Below, one piece after another: positions 52,309-63,177 of a stretch of DNA of 64,000 nucleotides. Both the position numbers and the translations under genes were made by a program. The notes under the pieces were generated by a model. It saw nothing but the letters and a program-made list of their open reading frames with translations, was not told where the DNA came from and did not search any database. The stretch is from an uncultured Collinsella sp. GTDB taxonomy: Bacteria > Actinomycetota > Coriobacteriia > Coriobacteriales > Coriobacteriaceae. The stretch is from NCBI GenBank assembly GCA_959606065.1, contig CAUHHV010000002.1, forward strand, positions 56,575-120,574, in the 5' to 3' direction. How positions within the stretch are numbered: position 1 is the first letter of the stretch; each line of letters opens with the position of its first letter.

Positions 52309-52439
52309 TGAAATGTAAAACAAAGCCGTTCCCTGATGCCCAAGATCGCCTTGAAATGAGAAGGCATAGACCTTGGGGTCATGCCTTCGAAATTGAAAGG
52401 CGAGGTTGGGCATCAGGGGGCGGCGACTTTTACATTTCA
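52309..52439. repeat. 131-nt extended imperfect palindrome in the map-infA spacer (outer 12-bp stem TGAAATGTAAAA / TTTTACATTTCA, inner 13-bp stem CCCTGATGCCCAA / TTGGGCATCAGGG, plus further stems)
   Basis: Read directly. The outer arm overlaps the last codons and stop of map. Not related to the other repeat families. Confidence 0.7.
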
Positions 52440-53218
52440 CCGCCTTGCAAGGAACACCAAGCACCCTGGGCATCCGTGGTGAGAATCACCGGACCGTCAT
52501 TGGTAATGGCGACGGTGTTCTCGTAGTGCGCGGCGGGCAGGTGGTCGTTGGTCGTAACAATCCAACCGTCGGAGCCCGTGCTCACATGGTTGGAACCCAT
52601 CGTAACCATCGGCTCGATGGCAATGACCATGCCGGCCTGGAGGCGAACGCCCCTCCCCTTCTTTCCATAGTTAGGAACGTTGGGGTCCTCGTGCATCACG
52701 CGGCCAATGCCATGACCCACATAATCACGAAGCACGCCGTAACCGTGAGACTCGGCGAGGGACTGAACGGCATAACCGACGTCCCCGATATGGTTACCGG
52801 GAACAGCCTGCTCGATGGCAGCCTTAAGGCAATCGCGCGTAACCTCGCACAGAGCCTTGGCCTCGGGCGTGGGGGTACCGACGAAAAACGTCCAAGCGTT
52901 ATCGCCGACCCAACCGTCGACAACGGCTCCCGTATCGATGGAGATGATATCGCCATCGCGCAGAATCATGTCGGGGTTGGGAATACCGTGGACAACGGCA
53001 TCGTTGATCGATGCGCAAATGGTCCCCGGGAACCCGCCGTAACCCTTAAAGGCCGGGGTGCCACCATGCATGCGGATAATCTGCTCCGCAAGCTGATCGA
53101 GCTCAAAGGTCGAAACACCAGGGCGAACCATGGCTCCAACGTGGCGGAGCGCCATCTTAGATAGCGCTCCTGCCTTCTTCATCTGCTCGATTTGCGTCGC
53201 AGACTTAATCTTGATCAT
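52430..53218 (-). CDS. map: type I methionine aminopeptidase
   Basis: Metal-ligand context motifs ...DGDIISID... and ...YVGHGIGRVMHE... Overlaps the adk stop by 4 nt. Confidence 0.95.
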   Translation of the reverse strand: MIKIKSATQIEQMKKAGALSKMALRHVGAMVRPGVSTFELDQLAEQIIRMHGGTPAFKGYGGFPGTICASINDAVVHGIPNPDMILRDGDIISIDTGAVVDGWVGDNAWTFFVGTPTPEAKALCEVTRDCLKAAIEQAVPGNHIGDVGYAVQSLAESHGYGVLRDYVGHGIGRVMHEDPNVPNYGKKGRGVRLQAGMVIAIEPMVTMGSNHVSTGSDGWIVTTNDHLPAAHYENTVAITNDGPVILTTDAQGAWCSLQGGEM

Positions 53219-53847
53219 AGACCGAGAGCCTCTTTGACATCCCCGTACACGGTCTCGCGAGCCTGGTCACCGTTGACCGACTTGAGCAGACCCTGGCCAC
53301 GATAGTAGTCGACGAGCGGGCTCGTGGACTTCTCGTAGACGTCGAGACGGTTCTTGATGGTCTCGGGCTTGTCGTCGTCGCGCTGATACATCTCGCCACC
53401 ACACTTGGGGCAGGTAGCATCGGCAGCGGTGCCGGTGTAACCGCAGGCGCGGCAGGTGCGACGCGAAGACAGACGGTCGATGATGACCTCGGGGGCCACG
53501 TCGACCAGAAGGGCGCAGTCAATCTCGCGACCCATGGCGGAGAGCTCGGAATCGAGCGTCACAGCCTGGGCGGTGTTGCGCGGGAAGCCGTCGAGGATGA
53601 AGCCCTGCTGGGCGTCATCGGCGGCAAGGCGCTCCTTGACAAGGTCGATCACGAGCTGGTCGGGAACGAGCTCGCCGGCGTCCATGTACTTCTTAGCCTG
53701 AATACCAAGCTCGGTGCCGCCCTTGACGGCAGCACGCAGCAGGTCGCCCGTGGAAATGTGAGCGACGCCAAACTCGGCGACGAGTTCCTGTGCGACGGTG
53801 CCCTTACCGGCACCCGGAGCTCCGAGCAATACGAGGTTCATGAGCAA
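53215..53847 (-). CDS. adk: adenylate kinase (with a zinc-finger LID, CxxC..CxxC)
   Basis: P-loop GAPGAGKGT and LID CRACGYTGTAADATCPKCGG. Confidence 0.95.
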   Translation of the reverse strand: MLMNLVLLGAPGAGKGTVAQELVAEFGVAHISTGDLLRAAVKGGTELGIQAKKYMDAGELVPDQLVIDLVKERLAADDAQQGFILDGFPRNTAQAVTLDSELSAMGREIDCALLVDVAPEVIIDRLSSRRTCRACGYTGTAADATCPKCGGEMYQRDDDKPETIKNRLDVYEKSTSPLVDYYRGQGLLKSVNGDQARETVYGDVKEALGL

Positions 53848-53859
53848 TCCTCCTCTAGC

Positions 53860-55146
53860 CTATTTAAAGAATCCATCGTAATCATACATCTTGATCTGGC
53901 CTTCGAGCTTGTCGACCGTGTCGAGCACGACGCCGACCATGATGAGGATGGATGTGCCGCCAAATGCCTGGATCAGCTGGTTACCCGTAAAGGAGAAGAT
54001 GATCGAAGGCACGATGGCGATGAGCGCCAAGAAGACAGCGCTGGGAAGCGTGATCTTGTTGAGCGCGTTCTTGATGTAGGCCGCGGTAGCCCTGCCCGGA
54101 CGGACGCCCGGAATAAAGCCGCCCTGCTTCTTGAGGTTGTCGGCCGTGTCATCGGGGTTGAACACCATGGAGGTGTAGAAGTACGCGAAGAACACGATGA
54201 GGACAACATTAAGCACCCAGTTGAGCCAACCGGTCGAAAGCGCAGAAGCAACTGCCTGGATCCAGCCGATGCCGGGGAAGAACACGGCGATCTGGGCCGG
54301 GAAGTACAGCAGCGCCGAAGCGAAGATGATCGGCACGACACCCGCGGTGTTGACCTTGATGGGCAGGTAGGTGGTCTGGCCACCCATCATGCGACGGCCC
54401 ACGACGCGCTTGGCGTAAGAGACCGGAATGCGGCGCTGGCCGCGCTCAAGGAAAACAATCAGCGGGATAACCAGCAGGATGATGGCGCAGATGATCACCA
54501 TGGTGATAATGCCACCGGCATTACCCTCGGTGCTGGAGAAAATCGCCTGCGGAAGGCCGGCCATGATGTTCGCAAAGATGATCAGCGACATGCCATTGCC
54601 GATACCGCGCTGGGTGATGAGCTCACCAATCCACATGATCAGCATGGCGCCCGCAGTGAGCGTGCCGACGACCATGAGGTCGAAGATGATCTCGGGAGCG
54701 CCGGCGCCATTAAAGCTGATGCCGAAGCTCTTAAAGAGGAAGAGGTAACCCACGGAGTTGAGGATTGCCAGAGCCAAGGTGAGGTAACGCGAATACTGCG
54801 TAATCTTGGTCTGACCGACCTCGCCCTCGCGGGCAAGCTCATGCAGGGAAGGCACGACGGCCTGGAGCATCTGGAGGATGATCGAGCTGGTGATGTAAGG
54901 CATGATGCCCAGCGAAAACACCGACACATAGCTCAACGCGCCGCCAGAGAAAAGATTCAGGAGGGCCATAGCACCTGCGGCGACCGAATTGTTATCGGTC
55001 GAGAAAAGGCCCAGCATCCCCTGGAAGGGAATGCCGGGCACAGGAACGTGCGCACCAATGCGGTACACGACGAGCATAGCTATGGTAAAAAGAATCTTTT
55101 CGCGCAATTCTTTGATGCGGAAAGCATTCTTAAGACCATTTAGCAC
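53860..55146 (-). CDS. secY: preprotein translocase subunit SecY
   Basis: 428 aa with 10 TM segments and a conserved SecY sequence. Confidence 0.95.
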   Translation of the reverse strand: MLNGLKNAFRIKELREKILFTIAMLVVYRIGAHVPVPGIPFQGMLGLFSTDNNSVAAGAMALLNLFSGGALSYVSVFSLGIMPYITSSIILQMLQAVVPSLHELAREGEVGQTKITQYSRYLTLALAILNSVGYLFLFKSFGISFNGAGAPEIIFDLMVVGTLTAGAMLIMWIGELITQRGIGNGMSLIIFANIMAGLPQAIFSSTEGNAGGIITMVIICAIILLVIPLIVFLERGQRRIPVSYAKRVVGRRMMGGQTTYLPIKVNTAGVVPIIFASALLYFPAQIAVFFPGIGWIQAVASALSTGWLNWVLNVVLIVFFAYFYTSMVFNPDDTADNLKKQGGFIPGVRPGRATAAYIKNALNKITLPSAVFLALIAIVPSIIFSFTGNQLIQAFGGTSILIMVGVVLDTVDKLEGQIKMYDYDGFFK

Positions 55147-55589
55147 GGCAGCTCGACCTTTCCGCCGGCGGCCTCGATCTTGGCCTGCGCAGAAGCGCTG
55201 ACCTTGTCGACCTTGACCGTGAACTTCTTGGTGAGCTCACCATTGCCGAGCACCTTGACGGGCTCGAACTCGCTCTTGGTGATGCGAGCGGCCTTAAGAG
55301 CGGCACCGTCGATCACAGCGCCATCCTCGAACTTACGCTCGAGACGCTCAACGTTAACAGCGGTGTACTCGATACGACGGGGGTTGCGGAAGCCCGGAAG
55401 CTTGGGCAGGCGCATAGCCAGCGGAGTCTGGCCACCCTCGAAGCCGGCACCCTTGGTGCCGCCAGAGCGGGAACCCTGGCCCTTCTGGCCGCGGCCAGAA
55501 GTGGTGCCGTGACCCGAAGAATTGCCACGGCCGACGCGCTTACGGTTCTTGGTGGAACCGGGCGCGGGAGTAAGATCGTGAAGCTGCAT
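55140..55589 (-). CDS. rplO: 50S ribosomal protein L15
   Basis: [38 protein letters not shown]... Confidence 0.95.
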   Translation of the reverse strand: MQLHDLTPAPGSTKNRKRVGRGNSSGHGTTSGRGQKGQGSRSGGTKGAGFEGGQTPLAMRLPKLPGFRNPRRIEYTAVNVERLERKFEDGAVIDGAALKAARITKSEFEPVKVLGNGELTKKFTVKVDKVSASAQAKIEAAGGKVELPC

Positions 55590-55592
55590 TTG

Positions 55593-55775
55593 CTACTCCT
55601 CTACAATCTCGACAAGGTGCTTGACCTTGAAGATCATGCCGCGGACGGACTCGTTGTCAGCAATCTCGCGAACCTCGCGGATCCTGTGGAGACCGAGGGC
55701 ACGGACAGTACGGACCTGGTCCTGCTTGCAACCGTTGGTGCTGCGGACCTGCTTGATCTTGATGGTGTCAGCCAT
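55593..55775 (-). CDS. rpmD: 50S ribosomal protein L30
   Basis: MADTIKIKQVRSTNGCKQDQVRTVRALGLHRIREV... Confidence 0.9.
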   Translation of the reverse strand: MADTIKIKQVRSTNGCKQDQVRTVRALGLHRIREVREIADNESVRGMIFKVKHLVEIVEE

Positions 55776-55777
55776 GC

Positions 55778-56302
55778 TTAGTTCTCCTTACCGACGAACA
55801 TCTCGGAGACCGTCAGGCCACGGCGAGCCGCGACGTCCTCAGGGCTGGAGAGCTCCTTGAGGCCCTCGACGGCAGCCTTGATGATGTTGAGGCCGTTGTC
55901 GGTACCGAGGGACTTGGACAGGACGTTCTTGATGCCAGCAAGCTCGAAGAGGGGACGCACAGCGCCGCCGGCGATAACGCCGGTACCCTCGACAGCGGGC
56001 TTGATGATGATGCGGCCGGCACCAAAGTGGCCGAGAACCTCGTGCGGGATGGTGCCCTGCTCGGTCACCGGCACGTGGAACATGTTCTTCTTGGCATCGA
56101 GAGACGCCTTGGAGATGGCCAGGGGCACCTCAGCGGACTTGCCCATGCCAACGCCGACGTTGCCCTTGCCGTCGCCAACGACGACGAGAGCGACGAGGCT
56201 CATGCGACGACCACCCTTGACGGTCTTCGACACGCGGTTGATGTAAACGACGCGCTCCTCGAACTCGGAGGCCTCGCGCTGCTGCTTCTGATTACGAGCC
56301 AT
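55778..56302 (-). CDS. rpsE: 30S ribosomal protein S5
   Basis: ...[35 protein letters not shown]... Confidence 0.95.
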   Translation of the reverse strand: MARNQKQQREASEFEERVVYINRVSKTVKGGRRMSLVALVVVGDGKGNVGVGMGKSAEVPLAISKASLDAKKNMFHVPVTEQGTIPHEVLGHFGAGRIIIKPAVEGTGVIAGGAVRPLFELAGIKNVLSKSLGTDNGLNIIKAAVEGLKELSSPEDVAARRGLTVSEMFVGKEN

Positions 56303-56316
56303 GTGCTACATACCTC

Positions 56317-56685
56317 CTAGAACTCGAGACCGGCGGCACGAGCACCGTCGGCGAGGGCCTTGACGCGGCCATGGTAGATACGGCCACCACGATCGAAGGC
56401 GACCTTGGTGATGCCGGCCTCGATGGCGCGCTTGCCAACGAGCTGACCGACCTTCTCCGCAGCCTCCTTGTTCGAGGTGTGGGTGCCCTTGAACTCGGCC
56501 TCGAGGGTCGAGGCAGAGACGAGCGTCAGGCTGGAGCCCTTGCTGTCGTCGATGATCTGGGCATAGATGTTGGCGTTAGTACGGGTCACGCGAAGACGCG
56601 GACGCTCGGAGGTACCCGAGACCTTGCCGCGAACACGACGCTGACGACGCTTGAGGCCTTCCAGCTTCGCCTTATGCTTGTTCAT
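56317..56685 (-). CDS. rplR: 50S ribosomal protein L18
   Basis: 122 aa conserved L18 sequence. Confidence 0.95.
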   Translation of the reverse strand: MNKHKAKLEGLKRRQRRVRGKVSGTSERPRLRVTRTNANIYAQIIDDSKGSSLTLVSASTLEAEFKGTHTSNKEAAEKVGQLVGKRAIEAGITKVAFDRGGRIYHGRVKALADGARAAGLEF

Positions 56686-56760
56686 ACGTAAACTCCTAAA
56701 AAGGTTGATCTTGCCAGCACCTGACGGGGTGCTGGTCTTATGCGAGTGAGTCGGTTACGA

Positions 56761-57297
56761 CTACTTGGCGGCCTTACCCAGCTTGCGGCGGATGTGCTCG
56801 CCAACGTAGTGGATACCCTTGCCCTTGTAAGGCTCGGGAGGACGATGGCCGCGGATCTCAGCGGCGATCTGACCGACCTGCTGCTTGTTGATACCCTTGA
56901 CGTTCACGTGGGTGTTGTCGGGAACCTCGAAGGTGATGCCCTCGGGAGCCTCGACGATCACGGGGTGCGAGAAGCCCAGGGAGAACTCGAGGTTCTTGCC
57001 CTTCTGCTGCACGCGGTAACCGACGCCGGCGAGCTCGAGCTTCTTCTCGAAGCCCTCGGAAACGCCAACCACCATGTTGTGGATGAGGGCGCGGGTGAGG
57101 CCGTGGCGGGCACGGGTCTCACGCTCGTCGTCGGGACGGGAAACGGTGAGGACGTTGTCCTCGATGTTGATAGCGAGCTTCTCAAAGACATCGAGCTCGA
57201 GCTGGCCCTTGGGGCCCTTGACGACAACGTTGTTGCCGTTGACTGCCACTTCGACTCCGGCGGGAATCTGGACAGGCTTATTACCGATACGAGACAC
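56761..57297 (-). CDS. rplF: 50S ribosomal protein L6
   Basis: [33 protein letters not shown]... Confidence 0.95.
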   Translation of the reverse strand: MSRIGNKPVQIPAGVEVAVNGNNVVVKGPKGQLELDVFEKLAINIEDNVLTVSRPDDERETRARHGLTRALIHNMVVGVSEGFEKKLELAGVGYRVQQKGKNLEFSLGFSHPVIVEAPEGITFEVPDNTHVNVKGINKQQVGQIAAEIRGHRPPEPYKGKGIHYVGEHIRRKLGKAAK

Positions 57298-57330
57298 GGT
57301 GATCTCCTTTCCTTCTACCTACCGAGCGAA

Positions 57331-57729
57331 TTACCAGACGTAAGCGATGATCTCGCCGCCGACGTTGTGCTTGCGAGCATCGCGGTCGGTCATAACGCCA
57401 TGGCTGGTGGAAATAATGGCGGTACCAAGGCCACCGCGGACGCGGGGCATGTCGGCAACGCCGGTGTACTTACGCAGGCCCGGCTTGGAAATGCGGCGGA
57501 TGCCGTTGATGACCTTAGCCTTCTTGGGACCATACTTAAGCGTGATGTGCAGAGTCTTCTGGGGAACGGTGTCCTCGACATCGTAGCCCTCGATGTAGCC
57601 CTCCTCGTGCAGAACACGAGCGATCTCGACGAGCTTCTTGCTGCTCGGCATGGAGACCGTGGCCTTGTTCACAGAGTTAGCGTTACGGATGCGCGTAAGC
57701 ATATCTGCGATCGGGTCTGTAAGGTTCAT
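57331..57729 (-). CDS. rpsH: 30S ribosomal protein S8
   Basis: [32 protein letters not shown]... Confidence 0.95.
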   Translation of the reverse strand: MNLTDPIADMLTRIRNANSVNKATVSMPSSKKLVEIARVLHEEGYIEGYDVEDTVPQKTLHITLKYGPKKAKVINGIRRISKPGLRKYTGVADMPRVRGGLGTAIISTSHGVMTDRDARKHNVGGEIIAYVW

Positions 57730-57848
57730 ACAGATTCTCCTTCGTTCTTGATGAACACGTGCTCTTGGTTCTTCGCCGCCCTTAACGGCAAAGCCTTTTT
57801 AGCGCGTTTTCCCTGTTCCAAACTGATGCTTGAAACGCTGGTAGTGAC

Positions 57849-58034
57849 TTACCAGCTGGCCTTCTTAACGCCGGGAAGCTCGCCCTTGAGTGCAAGCTCG
57901 CGGAAGCAGACACGGCACAGGCCGAACTTGCGGTACACAGAGTGCGGACGGCCGCAGCGCTGGCAGCGCGTGTACTCACGAGTAGAGAACTTCTGCTTGC
58001 GATTGCACTTGACGATCATCGATGTCTTAGCCAC
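57849..58034 (-). CDS. rpsN: 30S ribosomal protein S14 type Z (zinc-binding)
   Basis: 61 aa with CxxC...CxxC ([23 protein letters not shown]). Confidence 0.95.
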   Translation of the reverse strand: MAKTSMIVKCNRKQKFSTREYTRCQRCGRPHSVYRKFGLCRVCFRELALKGELPGVKKASW

Positions 58035-58113
58035 TTATATCCTCCTCACATAGAGTATTGTTCGCCCCAAGCGCCGCCCCCTTCTGGGAACGGCGCTCAT
58101 AGGGCAGGTGAAC

Positions 58114-58671
58114 CTATTTCTTGAACGGGAAACCGAAGGCGTCCAGAAGGGCCTTGGCCTCCTCATCGGTGTTGGCGGTGGTCACGAAAGTGATGTCCAT
58201 ACCACGCTGGTGATCGACGGAGTCGAAGTCGATTTCGGGGAAGATGAGCTGCTCGGTGACGCCCATGGAGAAGTTACCACGGCCGTCGAAGCTCTTGGCG
58301 GAGATGCCGCGGAAGTCGCGGATACGGGGGATTGCGACAGAGGTCAGACGATCGAAGAACTCCCACATACGGTCGCCACGCAGGGTAACCTTGCAGCCGA
58401 TCGGCATACCAGCGCGCAGGCGGAAGGTAGCGATGGACTTGCGGGCACGGGTGATCATCGGCTGCTGGCCGGTGATGGCGCGCAGGTCGCGCACGGCACC
58501 GTCGATGGCCTTGGAATCGGTAGCGGCCTCGCCGACACCCATGTTCACGACGATCTTCTCAAACTTGGGGATCATCATGACGTTCTCGTACTGGAACTTG
58601 TCCTGAAGCTGCTGCTTGACCTCGTTGTTGTACTTGGTCTTCAGACGCGGCACATACTTCTCTTCTGCCAT
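58114..58671 (-). CDS. rplE: 50S ribosomal protein L5
   Basis: [49 protein letters not shown]... Confidence 0.95.
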   Translation of the reverse strand: MAEEKYVPRLKTKYNNEVKQQLQDKFQYENVMMIPKFEKIVVNMGVGEAATDSKAIDGAVRDLRAITGQQPMITRARKSIATFRLRAGMPIGCKVTLRGDRMWEFFDRLTSVAIPRIRDFRGISAKSFDGRGNFSMGVTEQLIFPEIDFDSVDHQRGMDITFVTTANTDEEAKALLDAFGFPFKK

Positions 58672-58912
58672 TGTTCACTCCTTCTTGGGGTTTTAAGCAC
58701 GGGGCGTGGCCACGATGGGTTGTCCTCGTGCCTCCTGGCTGCATCCGCGCCGCTCATGGCATTTCGCGGTTTGGACTCGACGCAGCAGGAGCCGACAAAA
58801 CAATCGGTACTATACGCGCATTGGGTGCGTATTTCCAGAAAAACCTCGTCTGCCTGCACAACTCCACAACTCCCCCGCACAAATTGATCCCTAGGGCACG
58901 GAGGAAAACAGC

Positions 58913-58979
58913 AGTTGCGGTGAGATAGGGACCGTTTGACGGCTTAACAGGCTTTAACAGTCCGTATTTCACCGCAACT
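58913..58979. repeat. Family-3 67-nt palindromic element (AGTTGCGGTGAGATAGGGACCG...CAGTCCGTATTTCACCGCAACT), upstream of rplE
   Basis: Same length and termini as 10344-10410 and 61707-61773. Confidence 0.65.
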
Positions 58980-58996
58980 CATGTATGGGGATGCGA

Positions 58997-60040
58997 TTAG
59001 CGCTTGCGGGGGACGAGCTTGGTGCGGCGCAGGTGAATCATCTCGGCAGCGATGGAGATGGCGATCTCCTCGGGATCCTCGGCCTCGATGGCAACGCCGA
59101 TCGGCAGGTGCAGCTCGTCGATCTGGTCCTGCGTAAAGCCCTCCTGCTCCAAACGGGCGCGCACAAAGGCCGTCTTGCGGCGCGAGCCCAAGCAGCCCAG
59201 ATAGGCGGGTTTAGCGCGCATGGCCTGAATCACCACGTCGATATCGGACTTGTGGCCTGCTGTGGCCACGACCACCAGGTCGCGCGGGCCGATGGGGCAC
59301 TGCTTGCTCAGGTTCTTGTAATCGACCAGGCGACGATCGTAGACACCGGGCACCCATTCGGGCGTCAGCGTGCCGGGGCGGTCATCGCACGCCACAACGG
59401 CAAAGCCCGCCGCCGTGAGTACGCGCGCCGTCGCAGCGCCCACGTGTCCGCAGCCAAAGATGTAGGTCAGGCCCTCGGGGCAGAGCGTCTCGATGTGCGC
59501 CGGGGGAATCTCGGAGGCGGCGTTGGTGTAGGTGACCTTACTCCCCTCCTCCACCAGCGAAAGCTCGGGGCAGCCGGCAATGGTATGGCGCGATGTCTCG
59601 CCATGGTACTCAACCACATCGCCCTCGAGCGCGCTCGCGATAAACGGCTCAAAGTCGATGACGAAGTCGCCGATGCGCCGATAGGCCAAGACGTCGGCAA
59701 CCGACTGGAACAACGGTGCCTGGGTCGAGTCCAGATGCAGGTAGCACAGGCAGATGGCCCCGCCGCAGATCATGCCGGTATCGGAGTTCTCGCCGCCCAT
59801 GGTGTAGCGGACCAGACGCGATTGCCCTGCGGCCAGCAGCTCGCGCGCCTCGTCCAGCGCAAAAAGCTCAATCTTGCCGCCGCCGATGGTGCCCGCTTGG
59901 CTGCCATCGGCAAAGACGGCCATCCAGGCGCCCACGCCGCGTGGTGATGACCCCGCCGTACCGGCCACTACCACCAGCTCGCACGTCTCGCCAGCACGCA
60001 GGGCGGCAAGCGCCGCATTCACAACATCGAGCTTTTCCAT
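58997..60040 (-). CDS. yqeB: XdhC/CoxI-family accessory protein (YqeB-like, selenium-dependent molybdenum hydroxylase system)
   Basis: 347 aa with an XdhC N-domain and a Rossmann-like C-domain, in a locus context with yqeC, a hydantoinase and mocA-like. Confidence 0.7.
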   Translation of the reverse strand: MEKLDVVNAALAALRAGETCELVVVAGTAGSSPRGVGAWMAVFADGSQAGTIGGGKIELFALDEARELLAAGQSRLVRYTMGGENSDTGMICGGAICLCYLHLDSTQAPLFQSVADVLAYRRIGDFVIDFEPFIASALEGDVVEYHGETSRHTIAGCPELSLVEEGSKVTYTNAASEIPPAHIETLCPEGLTYIFGCGHVGAATARVLTAAGFAVVACDDRPGTLTPEWVPGVYDRRLVDYKNLSKQCPIGPRDLVVVATAGHKSDIDVVIQAMRAKPAYLGCLGSRRKTAFVRARLEQEGFTQDQIDELHLPIGVAIEAEDPEEIAISIAAEMIHLRRTKLVPRKR

Positions 60041-60049
60041 TGCCGCCTT

Positions 60050-60844
60050 CTATCCTCTAAAGACATCGGTGAGCATAGCGAGTGCCTCGAGCACGCCGCC
60101 GCCGACCGACGTCGCCTTGTCCGAAATATAGTTGATGTAGCTGGCATCGCCGCGTGGATCGACATCGGCGCATTTAAAGCCCTCAGTCACCTGCACGCCG
60201 TTCGCCAAAAGCCCGCGCAGACAGCCATCGATCTGCGTGCACATGGGCGTATCGCCCGCGTAGCCAATCACGTCTCCGGCGCTCACGATGTCGCCGATTG
60301 CGCGGTCGGACCGAAACACGCCGGCGGCGGGGCTGTGGATAACACGTTCCTTGCCATAGCCGGCGATAATGCCCGGCACGCCCGTGTTGGGCTGGGGCGA
60401 ACCTTGGGTAATGACACGGCCCAGGAAATGCCCACGCATGGTCTCGACCACGGCGTCGCAGTCAACCGGCGCGGTAAAGCCCGGCCCCACGGCGATGACG
60501 GCAGGCGCCATGTCGCGCGTGGTGCCCAAGTTGCGCTTAGCCAAAATCGCGTCGACCACAGCAGCGGGTTTCAGCTCGCCGATCATCTTGGCCTGGGGGT
60601 CTACCACAACGGCGACGTCTCCAGCCTCGGTAATCTCAAGCGCCTCAGCCGGCGTCTGTGCCAAGCGAGCGCGAATGCCTTCGACCTCGACCTCGCCCAG
60701 GCGAATGGCCTCGCAAAAACAGATTGTGCGGCGGATGCACGTGGGAACCGCGATATCGGCCATAACGACCGAAACGCCGGCGCGCACCAAGCGAGCGGCG
60801 ACGCCCGTGGCGATATCGCCGGCGCCGCGAACATAAACGAGCAT
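60050..60844 (-). CDS. EF2563-like selenium-dependent molybdenum hydroxylase system protein
   Basis: 264 aa with an N-terminal VRGAGDIATGVAARL Rossmann-like motif. Family call is from memory of the family features and from context. Confidence 0.55.
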   Translation of the reverse strand: MLVYVRGAGDIATGVAARLVRAGVSVVMADIAVPTCIRRTICFCEAIRLGEVEVEGIRARLAQTPAEALEITEAGDVAVVVDPQAKMIGELKPAAVVDAILAKRNLGTTRDMAPAVIAVGPGFTAPVDCDAVVETMRGHFLGRVITQGSPQPNTGVPGIIAGYGKERVIHSPAAGVFRSDRAIGDIVSAGDVIGYAGDTPMCTQIDGCLRGLLANGVQVTEGFKCADVDPRGDASYINYISDKATSVGGGVLEALAMLTDVFRG

Positions 60845-60946
60845 TCCCGGGGCACCTCCCTGTGCTACGGTTTGAGCAGAGCAAAAGCGGTTCGGCCGCT
60901 ACTCTGATGATTATTTATTATCACAGTATTATACGGCGGTGAACAG

Positions 60947-61681
60947 ATGGGAACGACGAGCGGAAACCTTGCCTCCGCGCTCAAGATCGAGCCGGGCATT
61001 ACCGCAATTATCGGCAGCGGTGGCAAGTCGACCTTGCTAAAGACGCTGGGTCTCGAGCTCATGCGCGCTGGCGGCCGCGTGCTCCTCTGCACCACCACGC
61101 ACATGTTTCCCGTCGCCGGCGTGCCGTGGGACGGGTCAAACCGTCGCCTGGATGCCGCGCCTTGGAAGCCGGGTGCCGCGCATGTCCCCGGCTGCACCTG
61201 CAAGGTATGCGCTGGCATGAGCCGCGGAAGCATCTGCCAGGCGGGTGTTTTGGACCCGGAGACAGGCAAGCTCTCCGCCCCCGCCGAGCCGCTCGGCGAG
61301 CTGGCACGGCGCTTTAACTATGTGTTGGCCGAGGCAGATGGCAGCAAGCAACTCCCGCTCAAGGCGCATGCCGCCTGGGAGCCGGTAATTCCCGCCGCCA
61401 CGGCAAACGTTGTCTGGGTCGTCGGCGCCTCGGGGCTGGGCAAGCCCGTCGCCGAGGTTGTCCACCGCCCCGAGCTCTTCTGCGAGCGCTGCGACTGCGA
61501 GCCTACCGACATCGCCACGCCCGAGCGCGTCGCCCAGGTGCTCAATGCCGAGATGCAGATGCTGAACCTAAACAATGCCCGTATCATGCTCAACCAAGTC
61601 GACACGCTTGCCGACTCAACGATAGCCGACCGCTTCCAGGCAGCCCTCGGCCGCCCCGTCGTCGCCACCAACCTCAAGTAG
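60947..61681 (+). CDS. yqeC: probable selenium-dependent hydroxylase accessory protein YqeC
   Basis: 244 aa with N-terminal P-loop-like IIGSGGKSTLLKTL. Locus context supports the call. Confidence 0.65.
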   Translation: MGTTSGNLASALKIEPGITAIIGSGGKSTLLKTLGLELMRAGGRVLLCTTTHMFPVAGVPWDGSNRRLDAAPWKPGAAHVPGCTCKVCAGMSRGSICQAGVLDPETGKLSAPAEPLGELARRFNYVLAEADGSKQLPLKAHAAWEPVIPAATANVVWVVGASGLGKPVAEVVHRPELFCERCDCEPTDIATPERVAQVLNAEMQMLNLNNARIMLNQVDTLADSTIADRFQAALGRPVVATNLK

Positions 61682-61706
61682 CTGGCGCTGCCCCAGCAGG
61701 CCTATA

Positions 61707-61773
61707 AGTTGCGGTGGAATAGTTCCTGAAACGGCCTATTTGGCGGCTAAACAGGAACTATTCCACCGCAACT
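61707..61773. repeat. Family-3 67-nt palindromic element; this copy has a perfect 22-bp stem (AGTTGCGGTGGAATAGTTCCTG / CAGGAACTATTCCACCGCAACT)
   Basis: Read directly. Lies between convergent yqeC and the hydantoinase. Confidence 0.7.
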
Positions 61774-61800
61774 GCGGAGGGAAATCCGGTGATCTTCCTG

Positions 61801-63168
61801 CTAGCGGGGCACGTAGCGACCGGGCTGGGCCCCGGTGGGCTCGCCGTCGCGCGCGGCCAGCACGCCGTTCACAAACACGGCCTTGGCGCGGCCGTGCGCC
61901 TCAAAGCCCTCGAGCGGCGTGTAGTCCACGGCCTGATGCTGCGTCGCGGCGCTAATCGTCCAGCGCGCCTTGGGATCCCACACGCACACGTCGGCATCGG
62001 CGCCCTCGGCAAGACAGCCCTTGTGCGGATACATGCGAAAGACGCGCGCCGGGTTCTCGCTCATCAGGCGGCACAGATCCTCGGGACCCAGCTGTCCCTC
62101 AAAGCTCGTAGCGATCGCGACGGGGCGATGCTCCACGCCGGGTCCGCCGTTGGGAATCGCGCGGAAGTCGTCGCGCCCGCGGTCCTTTTGCCCGTGCAGG
62201 TTAAAGCTACAGTGGTCGGTCGCAATCGTATCGATCTCGCCGGCCACAAGCGCCTCGCGCAGTGCCGCACGGTCGCCGGCATGGCGCAGCGGCGGACTCA
62301 TCACGTACTTGGCGCCCGCAAAGCCGTCCTCGCCCTGCTCCAGATAGCAGGTGTCGTCGAGCATCAGATACTGAGGGCATGTCTCGACATAGATGTTCTT
62401 CTGCCCGCGCGCTTTGGCAGCGCGAATGGCCTCGAGCCCCAGCTTGGTCGAAAGGTGCACCACGTTGACCGGAGCGTCCCCGGCCAAGTGCGCCAGATAC
62501 AGCAGGCGGCTCACGGCCTCGGCCTCACACACGTCCGGACGGCTGAGCGCATGGCCCTCGGGCCCGTGGATACCCTGCTCAAACACGCGCTTCTGCAGCG
62601 CGTTGACCAACGTGCCGTTCTCGCAATGCACGCACAGGATACCGCCCACGCGCTTGAGCTCCTCCAGCACCTCGAGCGTCTCGGCATCGTCCAGGCGCAG
62701 ATGGTCGTAGGCAAAGTAGGTCTTGAACGACGATACGCCCGCCTCGCGCATGGCCGAAAGATCGGCGCGGTTGCGCTCATTCCACTCGGCAAGCGCCATA
62801 TGGAAGGCATAGTTGGCGGTGCAGGTGCCGTCGGCGCGATGATGCCACTCGACCAAGGCATCGGGCATGGTCACGCCACGATCGGCCGTCGCGTAGTCCA
62901 CAATGGTCGTCGTGCCGCCGCAGGCAGCCGCGCGCGTGCCGGTCTCAAAGCTATCGGCTGTCCAATCCATGCCGGTCCAGCACTGCATGTGCGTGTGGCC
63001 GTCGATAAAGCCGGGAAACACCCAGCAGTCGGTGGCGTCCTCGACGGTATCGCCCTCGCCCGGCTCGATTGCCGCGGCAATCCGCACAATCTTGTCGCCC
63101 TCCATGGCAAGATCGGCGCGGCGAAGCCCCTGGGGCGTCACGAGTGCGCCGTTTTTGATGATGATCAT
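61801..63168 (-). CDS. hyuA: cyclic amidohydrolase (D-hydantoinase/dihydropyrimidinase family; HyuA/YgeZ-like)
   Basis: Metal-binding motif GFIDGHTHM and a later Lys region, on a 455-aa scaffold. Confidence 0.8.
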   Translation of the reverse strand: MIIIKNGALVTPQGLRRADLAMEGDKIVRIAAAIEPGEGDTVEDATDCWVFPGFIDGHTHMQCWTGMDWTADSFETGTRAAACGGTTTIVDYATADRGVTMPDALVEWHHRADGTCTANYAFHMALAEWNERNRADLSAMREAGVSSFKTYFAYDHLRLDDAETLEVLEELKRVGGILCVHCENGTLVNALQKRVFEQGIHGPEGHALSRPDVCEAEAVSRLLYLAHLAGDAPVNVVHLSTKLGLEAIRAAKARGQKNIYVETCPQYLMLDDTCYLEQGEDGFAGAKYVMSPPLRHAGDRAALREALVAGEIDTIATDHCSFNLHGQKDRGRDDFRAIPNGGPGVEHRPVAIATSFEGQLGPEDLCRLMSENPARVFRMYPHKGCLAEGADADVCVWDPKARWTISAATQHQAVDYTPLEGFEAHGRAKAVFVNGVLAARDGEPTGAQPGRYVPR

Positions 63169-63177
63169 AATTGCTCC

